In this document: in pieces, positions 38,798 to 50,072 of the stretch
Layout: every line of letters begins with the position of its first letter
How positions within the stretch are numbered: position 1 is the stretch's first letter
Assembly: GCA_900088475.1 (NCBI GenBank)
Contig: FLMG01001274.1
Coordinates: forward strand, 27,296-91,295
Direction of reading: 5' to 3'
Source: Hyphochytrium catenoides
Taxonomy: Eukaryota; Protista; Hyphochytriomycota
DNA length: 64,000 nt
Program-made: the position numbers and the translations under genes
Notes under the pieces: generated by a model
The model's input: the letters and a program-made list of their open reading frames with translations, nothing else
Database searches by the model: none
What the model was told of the DNA's origin: nothing

Positions 38798-40291
38798 CTA
38801 TCTCCAGCTGGTCCCAGGCGCTATGTACCTTAGCGGCTCTGTCTTGTTGATCATCATTCTGTCTTCTGCCGTTAAATGCACCACGGGAACGCCTGCAGGA
38901 CCCACATCATCGGCACTGCCAAACGAGGTATCGTCTCTATACATCCCCTCATGCGGCGTGCTGGCCTCTGTTCCTCCCACAAGCTTCTTGTGTGGGCCCG
39001 TCGCGGTGCTGCCTGCCCCATCTTCAAGAGATGAGGGGCGATTGTACAGCCAGTCTACGCCTACTAAGTCCTGGACAGCCTCGCTGACACGCAGACCAAT
39101 CGTAAGATCTATGGCCTTCAGTATAATCCATGTCATAAGCATCGAGTACCCGGCGCAGACAGCACAGGCCAAGAACTGGTAGCCTATCAAAGATGCATTT
39201 CCATTCACAAGCCCACTCTCATAGTTCGGCGGCAGCAGCTCTTCGGTGGCAAATACCCCCGCCAACAGCGTGCCCACAATCCCTGCTACGCCGTGGATAG
39301 CAAAGCTATCAAGCGCATCGTCAAATTGAAGAAGAAACTTCAGCCTTGTCGCACCATAGGCAGCGGCACTGCCTACGACACCAAAGATCACCGCTCCCCA
39401 CGTGTAGACCCAGCCACAGGCTGGTGTGATAGAGACTAACGCGGCTATGACGCCACAGGCAACGCCAGCAGGCGTGTGGCTCTGATCTAAAAGCTCTTCG
39501 AGGATCATCCAGGTCATCATTCCTGCGCAGGCGCTAACATGCGTGTTGAAGATAGCTCTAGCTGCCTGACCGTCAGCTCTGAGGGCTGAACCACCGTTGA
39601 AGCCAAACCAACCAAACCAGAGAAGCGTCGTTCCGATGAGAACCAGTGGGACGTTATGAGGACTCAGTCTCTCCTTTGTCTTGGAGCGCCTTCCCACCGC
39701 ATAAGCGGCAACCATCCCACTGAAGCCAGCCGAGACATGAACGACAATACCTCCGGCAAAGTCAATGGCTCCTAGATCGTGTAGCCAGCCCAGAGGGAGA
39801 GACTCTCCCTTGTCATTCGTCTGATTGCTCCACATCCAGTGGGCCAACGGGTCATACACCAGCGTCGTCCAAAGAAAGACAAAGATAGAAAAGCTTAAGA
39901 AGCGCATACGGCCCACCACGCCGCCGCTAATAAGTGCGGGTGTGATAGCAGCGAAGTTACATTGGAAGAAAGCGTACAAAATGCCGGGGATCTGTGCTCC
40001 GTAAGCAGGGATTCCCTCCGCGCCTACGCCGCTCATCCCTGCCCAAGACATGAAACCGATGATGGGAGAGCCCTCTCCCAGGGCTAGAGCGAAGCCGAAG
40101 ACAAACCATTGCAAAGTGACGATCGCCATGCTCGCAAAAGCCATCATCAGTGTGTTAAGAGAGGCTTCTTTGCCTGCCAGACCAGAGTAGAAGAAGCCAA
40201 CGCCTGGAGTCATTAGAGCAACGAGCCCTGTGGCTGCCAACAGCCACGCAGTGTCTCCCTCGCTAATGCTAGTCGGTACGGTCTCTTCCAT
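38798..40291 (-). CDS. amt: Ammonium transporter (Amt/Mep, AmtB/AMT2-like), intronless
   Basis: 497-aa ORF with GDTAW...LV.LMTPG..FFY.GL, FQCNFAAIT, HWMW, DFAGGIVVH, PHN, LLWFGWFGFNGGS and DDALDSFAIHG. The twin His and Phe gate residues are intact. Confidence 0.97.
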   Translation of the reverse strand: MEETVPTSISEGDTAWLLAATGLVALMTPGVGFFYSGLAGKEASLNTLMMAFASMAIVTLQWFVFGFALALGEGSPIIGFMSWAGMSGVGAEGIPAYGAQIPGILYAFFQCNFAAITPALISGGVVGRMRFLSFSIFVFLWTTLVYDPLAHWMWSNQTNDKGESLPLGWLHDLGAIDFAGGIVVHVSAGFSGMVAAYAVGRRSKTKERLSPHNVPLVLIGTTLLWFGWFGFNGGSALRADGQAARAIFNTHVSACAGMMTWMILEELLDQSHTPAGVACGVIAALVSITPACGWVYTWGAVIFGVVGSAAAYGATRLKFLLQFDDALDSFAIHGVAGIVGTLLAGVFATEELLPPNYESGLVNGNASLIGYQFLACAVCAGYSMLMTWIILKAIDLTIGLRVSEAVQDLVGVDWLYNRPSSLEDGAGSTATGPHKKLVGGTEASTPHEGMYRDDTSFGSADDVGPAGVPVVHLTAEDRMMINKTEPLRYIAPGTSWR

Positions 40292-41427
40292 CCTTATTCG
40301 ATGGGAGAGAACAAGAACGTAGAGGGGACTATACGAAGAGAGAGAGAGAGAGAAAGAAGTGGTGGTAGATTATGGTCGTGCTCTCGCCACGTGTAGCTGC
40401 GTCTGTACAAGGCCTGGCTAACTCTATTGAACAGATTGGCAACGGAGATTATCGAATGAAAAGCTTTGAATGGCAAGTGGACAATCGACGAAGCTCCTGC
40501 CGCTGAATGAGGAGTGAGGGGTCGCTGGGGAGAACTAGGTAGTCAGGGCTAAGCTGCAGCTTCTGATATCTCACTCTCCACCTTCTTCTACCTCTCTCTC
40601 TCTTTCTTTCCATCTGTCTCTGTCTCTCTCTCCCTTTCTCTCTGTTTCTCTTTCCCCGTCGTATCTCTTCTGGCTGCTCCTCCTTCAGTTCCGTGACCAA
40701 CTGTAGGTGCGTTCTATGGGGCCATGCAGAGAACAGATATCAGAGAAATGCGTAGCTGCTGCATAGTTCTCTGTCTTTACTCTGTCCTAGTAAGCTACCC
40801 ACAGTAGATTAGAATAACTCCTAGTGCTGATGATCAGCCCCATGAAGAAACGATAAGAAACAGACAGGGTGTTTTCTCTCTCTTCCCTTGTGTCTATCAT
40901 GGGATGGGCTAAGAGGTGAGGATAGGATATGTCCAAGAGGCAAAGGGACATCAATGAGAGCAGTGAAAGGTAAGGCAGGGACGCTGGACAGGGAAGAGAG
41001 AGGAGGCTGAGAGAGGCTGATGCGCTAGTATCATGGCTCTGTCTTTCTCCATCTGAGAGCAGCCGAAGTTCAAGCGCTTCTCAGAAGTTAGACCCCAACT
41101 TGATTCCAGCTTTGTTCGATCCTCTTTCTCTCTCTTTCCTTGCGTGCATTTGAAAACCTGTGTCCCTTTCTGTTCCTTCCTCGCTCTCGCTGTCTTTTGT
41201 CTCACTGCCTTTCTCTTCCCTCTCTCTCTTGTGTGTCGCTCTCTCTCTCTCTCACTGTCTCTGTGTGTACTGGAGCCGCTTCTATTGCCCGTCGTCCCAA
41301 CTTGCATTTCTCCCTTTCTCAACAGGCCCGCGTCCCTGATCCACGCTCCACAAGTCCCTTTCCCGCGGACTCCGTGAGGTCATCAAACGGTCCAGAGAGG
41401 TCCTAATAAATCCTAATAAAGGCTGGC

Positions 41428-41880
41428 CGTGCTATGACCAAGCCGACCGACCCGCCCGAGACAGGCGCTCTCTGATCCGTCACCCGTCCGCCCGTCAAGA
41501 TTTTATCTTCCTTGACAGCTAATATAACGGCAGGACCTGAGCTCGGTCTGGGCCGCGAACGCAAGGACAAAAGGCGCGTCCGATCCCTGGGGCAGGACCA
41601 ATATCGGCCGCGTAGAGCCGCTAACTTCCTCGTTTTTCTTTGGTCATAGTACCGTTTTACGGTTTCACTGTCTTCGATAGAGTTACAGGTACAAGTACAG
41701 TGAATACTGGCAAGGCTAACCGTTACCGTCTATGTTTTGTTTGGTATATTTCGTTAGGAGAGGAGCTAACGGCTATGCGAAGGATGATACTGTTTTACGG
41801 GATCGCCAAGGGGCGGAGGCGCCTGTCTCACATGTTTCGGGCTCTGCAGGCCCGTAGTTAGCGGTTTGGTCATACAGTAC
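41428..41880. mobile_element. MITE-like non-autonomous element with imperfect terminal and internal inverted repeats
   Basis: tatgaccaagccg (41433-41445) versus cggtttggtcata (41862-41874), 1 mismatch; gagacaggcgc (41458-41468) versus gcgcctgtctc (41819-41829), perfect; internal copy tttggtcatagtac at ~41639. No coding capacity. Confidence 0.5.
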
Positions 41881-42599
41881 AAGTTATACAAAAGGCGGGC
41901 GGACTTTGAGGCTCTTTTCTCTCTCCCACTCTCTCTCTCGCTCTTTCTCTCTCTCTCTCCTCTGTCTCTGTCTCGCTCTCTCTCTCTCTCGTTCTCCCTC
42001 TTGCTCTCTCTTTTTACCTCTCTCTCTCTCTCTCTCTCACTTTTCCCTCTCTCTTTTGCTCTAGTGGTGCTTTCTTTCNNNNNNNNNNNNNNNNNNNNNN
42101 NNNNNNNNNNNNNNNNNNNNNNNNNNNNNNNNTCACTATCGTTTTCTCAGTAGCACTGAGTATTTCTAGTTCTACTGAAAGTAATGTTCTTCTCTCTCTC
42201 CTCCCATGGACGCTTATACGCTATGTGTATCCATCTGGCTCCTCGTGCTAGTCGGTCTCCTGTCTCCTTCATTTGCTTCTTCGTAGTTCCATGACTCCGC
42301 GCTGATAAGCACAACCATCGCGGAGCCCTTTTGGACCGCCCTGGACGTGGACAGGCTGTTCTCCTGGACAACCTTCATGGCTCTTTGTACGCTGAATTTG
42401 CCGAAAGAAGTGATGGTCTGATGGCTTATGATGACTCATCAAGACGCCTTACAGCTTCAAGATGATGAAGAACAAAGCCGCAAGCTGTCTTCTTTCGTTG
42501 ATGGGACAGAGCTTAGAGTTTGCCACGACACCGCCATCACTCGCAGCGCGGACGCTTGTTGTTGCTTGCTCAAGACAACGCCTGTTAGCTGATTGAATA

Positions 42600-44400
42600 G
42601 TCTTCTCTCCGGTTGTTGGACCAGCCCGTCGGTCCGTGAAAGAGCAGGCTCTTACAATGCAGCCAATAAAGCGCTACAGCTGCCTAAGAAAGTCAAGCCG
42701 AGGTGACGATCAGGTGTATCAGTAGTAAGACTAGGAGACATGCGGTGCGAATATAACGGTTTGTGCAGAGGATTGGGCTGGCTGGTAATCTTGAGAAGAT
42801 GATGGCGGGAACTTCCTTCCCCACAGCTTTCCATTCAGTTCCTTCTCGCTTGCTCTTGCTACCTTGCTCTCGTGCTCGCCGCATCATCTTCATCTCCCTT
42901 TGGCCAGCTCATAAGGTTCACAGCCAAGGTAGCAGTTGGGAGGAGTGAGGGATAGCCAAGAGATCGTTGGGGAGCAAAGAAGAGAGTCACTAGAGCCAAC
43001 TCATCAGACGGCGGCATCCAGCCGTCTTCCTCAACACGAACCTATACACTTTTCCTTTCTCATAACGAACACAAGGGCACAAGGCGCGTCCTCTTCTGCT
43101 TGTCTACGCACCGAGAGCCAGGACTCTTTCGAAAGAAGTATGATTCCTTTTCTTTCTCCATCTCTCTGTCTGCTGTGGAACCTGCTCACAAGTCCCATCC
43201 GTATGGCTTGGCTTTGCAAAGACCACCGTAGAGCGAATGGTTGGTTAGCCAGGCAAAGTTTGTCAGCAACAAGAGGTTCCAATTGTTGCTCATCACGTAC
43301 AGACAGAGCTGTGGAAGCCGCTGGAGACCAAAAACACAGTGTGTTATGAGGCGAGGACTTCTAAGCATACAGCTCCTGAAGTGCAACGCCATCGTTACTC
43401 TTTCACGTCTGGCCCCTAGGGTCCCGCATATCATGAGGCTACTGCTGATAGTGTGGCGTGCAGAGCAGTAGACGCCAAGGACACATCCCTTCAACAGTTG
43501 TGCCTGAGACTACTATCACTAGCACCAGAAGGACCTTATCTTCTTAATGTAACCTTGAAGACGGGAGTTATGAGCAACGATTCCCGCTCGTTCCTCCTTT
43601 CATCGACATCACCTTGACGCCGCCTTCTAGAAGAAGAGGGACAGAAGTGCAGAGATAGACAACAGCAACAACAAGGGCAACGGTATAGAGCTATCACTAT
43701 TGGTTGGTTGAAGAGAGAGTCTCCTCTGTTCTCGCTCCTTGCCACCAATCACATGAGGCTTTCCTCCAAAAAAAGTATCATGGTCCATCACCCAGAGGCG
43801 GACGTGTGACAGACTGGGGCAAAAAGGTAGAATGAAGACGCTGACCGTTCGGCGCGCGAGTCCCCACGGCCGCAGCAGAACAGTGAAGTGCGTGAGATTG
43901 AGCAGCATGTCTTGCAGAGCCACTACCATCATCATTGCCAATCGTTGATAAACAACAGCGATCCAAGATTCTACTATAGAGAAGTGCCGAACAACACAGG
44001 GAGACGACGTCCTCCTCTTCTGCTGTCTTATCGTGCTACTACTATTCAGGGTGAACTTCTCTATCCTCTTAAGCTTGATGATGATCTTATCATCATCCTG
44101 GCCGGCATCCATTGGCCATTGGTTCCACTATCCTCAATCCTTGCACTTGCTGCTCCTTCTCCTCTCCTGATGATGGATTGGCACAAACAACCATAGGAGG
44201 AGGAGAGAGAAGAGTTTGTTGTAAGGATCTGCGGTATGCGCTGACATACTAATAAGACTTCCTGTGCGGCGAGTGATTTGAACTGTCGTCACAAGCAGCA
44301 ACAAGCAGGCGCTTGTTGCTTGCGTTGCAGCACTTGGCGGTATTATAGAGCACAGTCCACCCACCACCTCGAAGAAGAAGGACGGCCAATGTGATGGGAT
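42600..44400 (-). pseudogene. Heavily decayed ankyrin-repeat gene relic
   Basis: Scattered ankyrin-like fragments in shifting frames with stops: GWTVLYNTAK...LLVAA (~44300-44365), HALHCSAA (~43880), STALHA (~43460), GA-DV..DG.AL (~43400), GF-TAL (~43310), DGWMP (~43015), NPLHK (~42770). Confidence 0.45.
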
Positions 44401-45179
44401 ATTTCTTGTAAGAAGCAGAAGTAGGAGTAGGAAGAAGAACCCTCCTCTTGCTAACTGTCGTCATGTTCCTTTCTTCCCTCTTCTTTTCTTGTTGATTAAT
44501 CAGCTTCTCCACTTCTATTATTATTGATGTCCATCCACCACCCATCTGACGGCCACACGGCCACTCAGCAGAAGATAGAGAAAGAAGGGGAATGCCAATG
44601 ATCATCATCTTCCGCGCGCGCGGTGCTGCCGCTCATCATCGGATACATTCTTCTTCTTCCTCATCTCTCTGCCGCAACCGAGCAGCGGCACTGTGGCGGG
44701 CGGAGGGTCAACGGAGAGACGCAGGAGAAGAAGGTGCCCTCGGCCACGAGGTCCTCCTCCCTCTTCTTCTTCTTCTTTTCTCTCCATCATCATTATTATA
44801 AAGAAGAAGATTCAGTCATCAGTCAATGAAGGAAGAAGAAAGACTACTTCTGATATTATCTATAGGACAAGCGAACGTGGGGAGGAGGAGGGGAAATGGG
44901 AAAAACGGCACTTGTGACCTTTCGGTCGGCTGATGGAAATATTTCCAGAAATTAGGAATATGTTTCAAGGATCACCTCACTTACAGGATGTTTCTATCAG
45001 GACCCTGGGGATAAAAAGGGAAAGCTTCCGGGAAGGTTTGGGAAAGTTGAGAGGGTGAGCGGAAGGGGAAGGGGGCCAGTCCGGGACTGGTGAGTGACGT
45101 TACAGGATTATTAGCAGGCGACAGACCAAAAGAGAGAGAGAGAGAGANNNNNNNNNNNNNNNNNNNNNNNNNNNNNNNN

Positions 45180-45210
<31 letters not shown>

Positions 45211-45588
45211 GGGGAGACGGTGGGAGAATGGGAGGCGGAGAGAAAAGAGAGAGGGAGAGATGGTCGAAGAGCGCCAGCAACGAAAGGAAGAGGTGACAGG
45301 GAGGAGAAAGGAGGTGGCCAGTCAAAGGGGAACCAGAGGGGGAGAGCGGAAGAGAAGATTGACGAGCAAGTGGTACAGGAGAAGAGCGAAGAGGGAGGGA
45401 AGGCAAGAGAGAAAGACCAGCAGCACGAGGAGGAGAGACGACCAGAAGAGACGCCGAGTGAAGAAGAAGAGAGCTACTCTTACTTTGTCGGTCTTGACGG
45501 CGGCAGCAGGGGCGCCTATCATACAAACTGGAGAAGAGAAAGAAAGAGAGACAGGACGAATGCTTCTCCCTCTTCTTCTCCTGCTACT

Positions 45589-47338
45589 ATGGAATCCCTC
45601 GTAGATCTCATGGCGGTCTCTTCCGCCTCCGCCTCCTCCTGCTGCCCTGAAAAAATAGAGAGGGAGAGAGAAGAAGAGAAGACGAAGATTGAAGACCCGC
45701 GGGAAGAAGAGGTTAAAAGCAAAGGAGAGAAGAGTCCTTCTCTTCGCCTGTCCGCCCCGCAGAATCTCTACCTGATCACGCCTGTAGCCGACTTTCTCCC
45801 TTCATCTCTAGACTCTCGCTTCACTGTGGCAAAGGCACTTCTCTCTCCCAGACTTCTGACTGTCTATCTGTCTCTCCGAAGATCTTTTCTCTACGCGTTG
45901 GGCTTTGTAGGTCTCTCTCTCGTCCTGGGGCTCAGCGGCTACTATTATCTCGTCGAGTACAGAGCTCTGGAGGCAGATGGAGCCATACAGCTAGCGGTGT
46001 ACGGCACAGCCTTGTGTCTCTCTCTCTACGGCGTCTCTTTCTCTCTTGAACTGCATCTTCTTCTCTTGCAAAGACTCTTCCGGGACTTCTCTGTCTTTTT
46101 CTACCTTCTTCAGAGTGTGCCGACCATCTTACTCTTTCTTTATCATTTTGCTGCCAACGGGCAACCTTCCCGAGCCTTGGCCCTGATGATAGCTTCAGCT
46201 CTGAGTGTATTGCACCCAGTGCTGATGGACGCAATGCCAATGTTGGGGCTCAACAGGTTCACAGCGGGCATCTCTATCATTGGAGAGCTCATTAGCATTG
46301 CCATCATCGCGCGGTAAGAGGAAAAGAAGAGAGCCTGCTCCTGCTCATGAGTGTCGTCTCTTCTCCTGTTTGAGCCGCTGTCTCATCCTCGCTGTATCTC
46401 TTCCCGCTATATTCTCTCCCTTTCTTCTCTGTCTCTCTTATTTCTCCTGTTTTAGGCTGTCTCTCGCTCGCTCGCACTACTGTTTCTCCGTCATCTTTCT
46501 CCCATCCCTCTCTCTCTCTCTCTCTCATCCACTCTCTTTCTCTCTCTCCTCATCCTCTCTCTTTCTCTCTCTCATCCTCTCTCTTTCTCTCTCGTGTTTC
46601 CCCTCTGTTTCTGCTATCTCTCTCTAAGTCTCTCTCTGCTTCTCCCTCTCTGTTTCTTTGTTGGTCTCTCACTCTCTTCCTGTTAATCATATAGACCTGG
46701 TCCAAGTCTATCTTTTCTCCCTTATTGATCCCTCTCTCTCTATCGTTCTCTTCTCTCTCTTTCCTCGTAGGATGGCGATAGTGCTCTACACAAGCCCATT
46801 TGAAGGCATGGAAAAGACAGAGTTCCGCATCTTCCATCTCCCTATCCGGCCCTGGCTGGTGGCCGCGGACTGCATGCTGGTGATCTGTGTGCTGGACTGT
46901 CAGCAGCTGAAGAAATGTATAGACAAAAGCAAACGGCAGGGGACGCCCGGCACTTCGGAGTTTCTCAACATCAAATGGCCCTTGGCTCTTGCCCACAGGG
47001 AAAGAGAGGACGGCAGCAACTCTTCACTCTCTCTTGCTCCTTCTCTCTCTCTTGCTCCGCGTCTCTCTGTTGCTCCTTCTCTTTCTTCCGCACCGAGCCC
47101 TTCTCTCGTCTCCTCCAAGCCACCGCCGCAGGAGAAGAGAGATAAGATAACAGTTGGGCCCGCGCTTGAGTACTTGGACGGTGAGAGAGCAGAAGAGAAG
47201 GTCGCGGACGATGAGCTGATGAAGAGAAGAGAAGGTGATGCTGATAGGAGAAAGAAGACTGCTTCGGTGGTTCTTCATTCAGAGCAAGAGCGAGATGCTC
47301 CCTCAAGAGCCAGTTCCGCTTCTAACACTCGACGGTAA
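45589..47338 (+). CDS. Uncharacterised polytopic membrane protein (~6-7 TM), 2 exons (intron 46314-46770)
   Basis: Several hydrophobic helices (FLYALGFVGLSLVLGLSGYYY; IQLAVYGTALCLSLYGV; FSVFFYLLQSVPTILLFLY; ALALMIASALSVL; ISIIGELISIAII). Phase-2 GT-AG intron filled with CT repeats. Confidence 0.7.
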
Positions 47339-49811
47339 GGCCCCCTAGCATAAGCTAGCAGTAGCGACGAAGAGCAGAGAGTGTTAGAGAAAGAGAGTTT
47401 TAGAAAAACAGAAAGTATGGGGGAGTAGTCAGAAGCGATAGTAGAGAGTGCAGAGAGGTGAGAGAGAGGAAAAGAGAGCAGAGAGAGAGAGAGAGAGAGA
47501 AGAGAGAGAAAATAGAGAGGAAGGTAACTGTTAGTGATACCTATAATAGGGGAGAGAAGAGGAAGAGGAAGTCAGAGACAGCACACAGGGCAATCTTGCA
47601 CCACCAAATAGAGAGCGGAATCAAAGAGAGAAACCGTGCGCCATCAAAAAAAGAACATCATGGCAGCAGCATGCACGAGAGAGAGAGCCAACCCACTTCT
47701 TCTCCTTTCTCCTTATACCCTTCTCGCTCTTCTAACTCTCTCTCTCTCTCTTTCGTTTTCTCTGTCTTCATAATAGACGCCAGCCGAGGACTAGGATTTA
47801 CAGAGTCTGCCCTGTAGACAAGCCGCTGCTGGTCGATGCACATAGAAACTTAGGCAGTGCACTCGGATCTCTGCTCACCAGGCTAGCCAGAGGAGGAGAG
47901 AGAAAGAGAAGAAGAAGGGAGGAGAGGAGAGAAAGAACAGGGCAACAGAAGGATGAGCAGGTGCTTCCCCATTTTTCTTGTAAGGAGACCGAGGAGGATA
48001 ACAAGGAGGAGAGAGGACGAAAGAAGACAACCACTGAGCTCTCTTGTCCACCACATCTCTCGCCTCCTTCTTCTCCTCCGTCATCAGCGGCGCCGTTCAT
48101 GGCACGGAGAGAAGGCATGGGTCTCCTCATAGCCTCTCTCTCCTTTGTTCTGCAGGCTTCTTTCCTCTTTTTCGAGGAGGAGCTTCTGAGAGACACCGCA
48201 AGACATGTGACCTCTTTCTTCTTCTTCATCTGCTGCTGCTGTGCCAATCTTTTCCTTCTTTCTCTCTCTCAGACGACACTTCTGCTTCGCCTCTTGGGAA
48301 GCTTTGATCTCTGGATTGTGCTCTTCTCTCTCTTGGAGTTTCTGGTCGTTAGTGGGGTCCTTCTTCATTGGGATGAGAGGTAGGGAGACAGGAGAGAAGA
48401 GATACTGAGAGAGAGAAAAGTTTGAGAGTGCGCGGAAGAAGTTGACGTGTCAGGAGAAGAGCAGGATTGCGTGAGATAGACCAAGGATGAGGTTAGAGAA
48501 CGGGTTGAAAGGGAAGAAGAGAGAGAAGGAGAGAGGAAAAGAAGACCACCAGAGAAAGCAAAGAGACACACAGAGAGACAGAGACAGATTCACCGCGGAC
48601 AGCAGAGTGAACCAGCAGAGAGAGAGAGAGAGAGACAAGAGTGCTTGGCCCCTGACCAGTGAACTGACGGTGTGCCTTTCTTCTCTCTCTCTCTTCGTCT
48701 TCCAGGTGTCTCCTCGTGGCTTCTCTGGTCCTCTCCGTGACAACCTCTTTGATGATTCAGGACACGCTTCTTCTGCCTCCCAGCAAAAGAAAGCGTTTGC
48801 TTGTCCCGTATTTCCTCTCTCTCTTCTGCGCTACTTGCTGCTGTGGCCTCTACCTCATTCGCCTTCCGGCGGAAGAGAGAGAAGATCTTCTCTTCGGGAC
48901 GTACGGCGCAGACGAGGCAGAAGAAGGAAAGAAAGAACAGGAGAGAGGAGGGAAAGCAGCAGAAGTTCTCCTTGCTTCTCTCTTCAAGTTCCTCTCCCGC
49001 TCACCGTTAAGCTTAGCCCTGGATTCTCTCTTTACTATTCTTCTCTACACAATTCGGAGCGCGCTCAGTCTCTCCACCTGTCCCAACCTTCTAGTCATTG
49101 TCTCCTCTCCTGCGCAATATAAGGTTGACTATCTCTCTATTAGCCCAGGTTAAGTGCGAAACAATGAGAAACAGATAGACGAGCAGAGAAAGAAGAGAGG
49201 AGGGGGTGGAGAGAGAGATGGGAAAGAAAGAGAGAGACATCGAAAACGCAGAGAAAGAGGGAGGGAATAGAGAGAAATGGAGAGAACCACCGCCGGGTAG
49301 ACAGGAGTGGGAGAAGGAGAGGGAGCGCAGACAGGAGAAAGAGCAAATAAGTCTGCTCGCAACTCCTCCTCATTGTCTCTCTTTTCTCTCTGGCAACAGC
49401 TCTCTCTCTCTCTCTCTCTCTTCTTCTGACCTCCCTATTGTCAACGTTGCTTTTTATCTGTGGAGATGGCAGCTTCATGGTGATAGCAATAGCATCGCTT
49501 GAACAACAAGACAGAGAAGAGAGCGGTGCTAATAGAAAAGACATACCCTCCTGCTGGTTGAGCTGTCAGCGAAAGAAGTAGAAGGCACTGGACACCACTA
49601 CCAGCCGGCCATCGGAGAAAGGAAAAGAAGGGCTCACAGGAGGATGACAGCAAAGACTCTAAAGGTTGAGCAGCCTCTTCTGACTGGGAGAGAGAAGAGG
49701 AGAGAGGTTATGCCTTGGGAAGTGATGAGCAAGGCCATAATAACAAAACGTATATTCTGTTATGTCTAGTCTCTTAGCTATCCATTGAGACTGTTTCATT
49801 TCTAGAGCAAA

Positions 49812-49883
49812 GCCCCAGCTCTCGCTATGTACAAGGCCCCAGCTCTCGCTATGTACAATGCCCCAGCTCTCGCTATGCACAAT
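49812..49883. repeat. Three-copy 24-bp minisatellite
   Basis: gccccagctctcgctatg(t/c)acaa(g/t) x3. Confidence 0.95.
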
Positions 49884-50072
49884 AGATGCTTCCTTCTCAG
49901 TCTTTCTTCTCATCCGCTTGCTCCATTCCTTCTCTTGCTACCTTCTCGTCTCTCATCTTCCTTCTTGCGGACAGGGAGGGCGAGAAGGAGCCGAACAGGC
50001 ACCCAACAACCTTCCTTGACGGCGTCATCTTGAGTCTTCCTTTAGTGGCTTGTGCTCCTCCTCTCAAGAATC

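Noticed and set aside
44934-44947. Perfect 14-bp palindrome TGGAAATATTTCCA as a regulatory site
   Set aside because: Single occurrence with no supporting context; a palindrome of this length can arise by chance in 64 kb.
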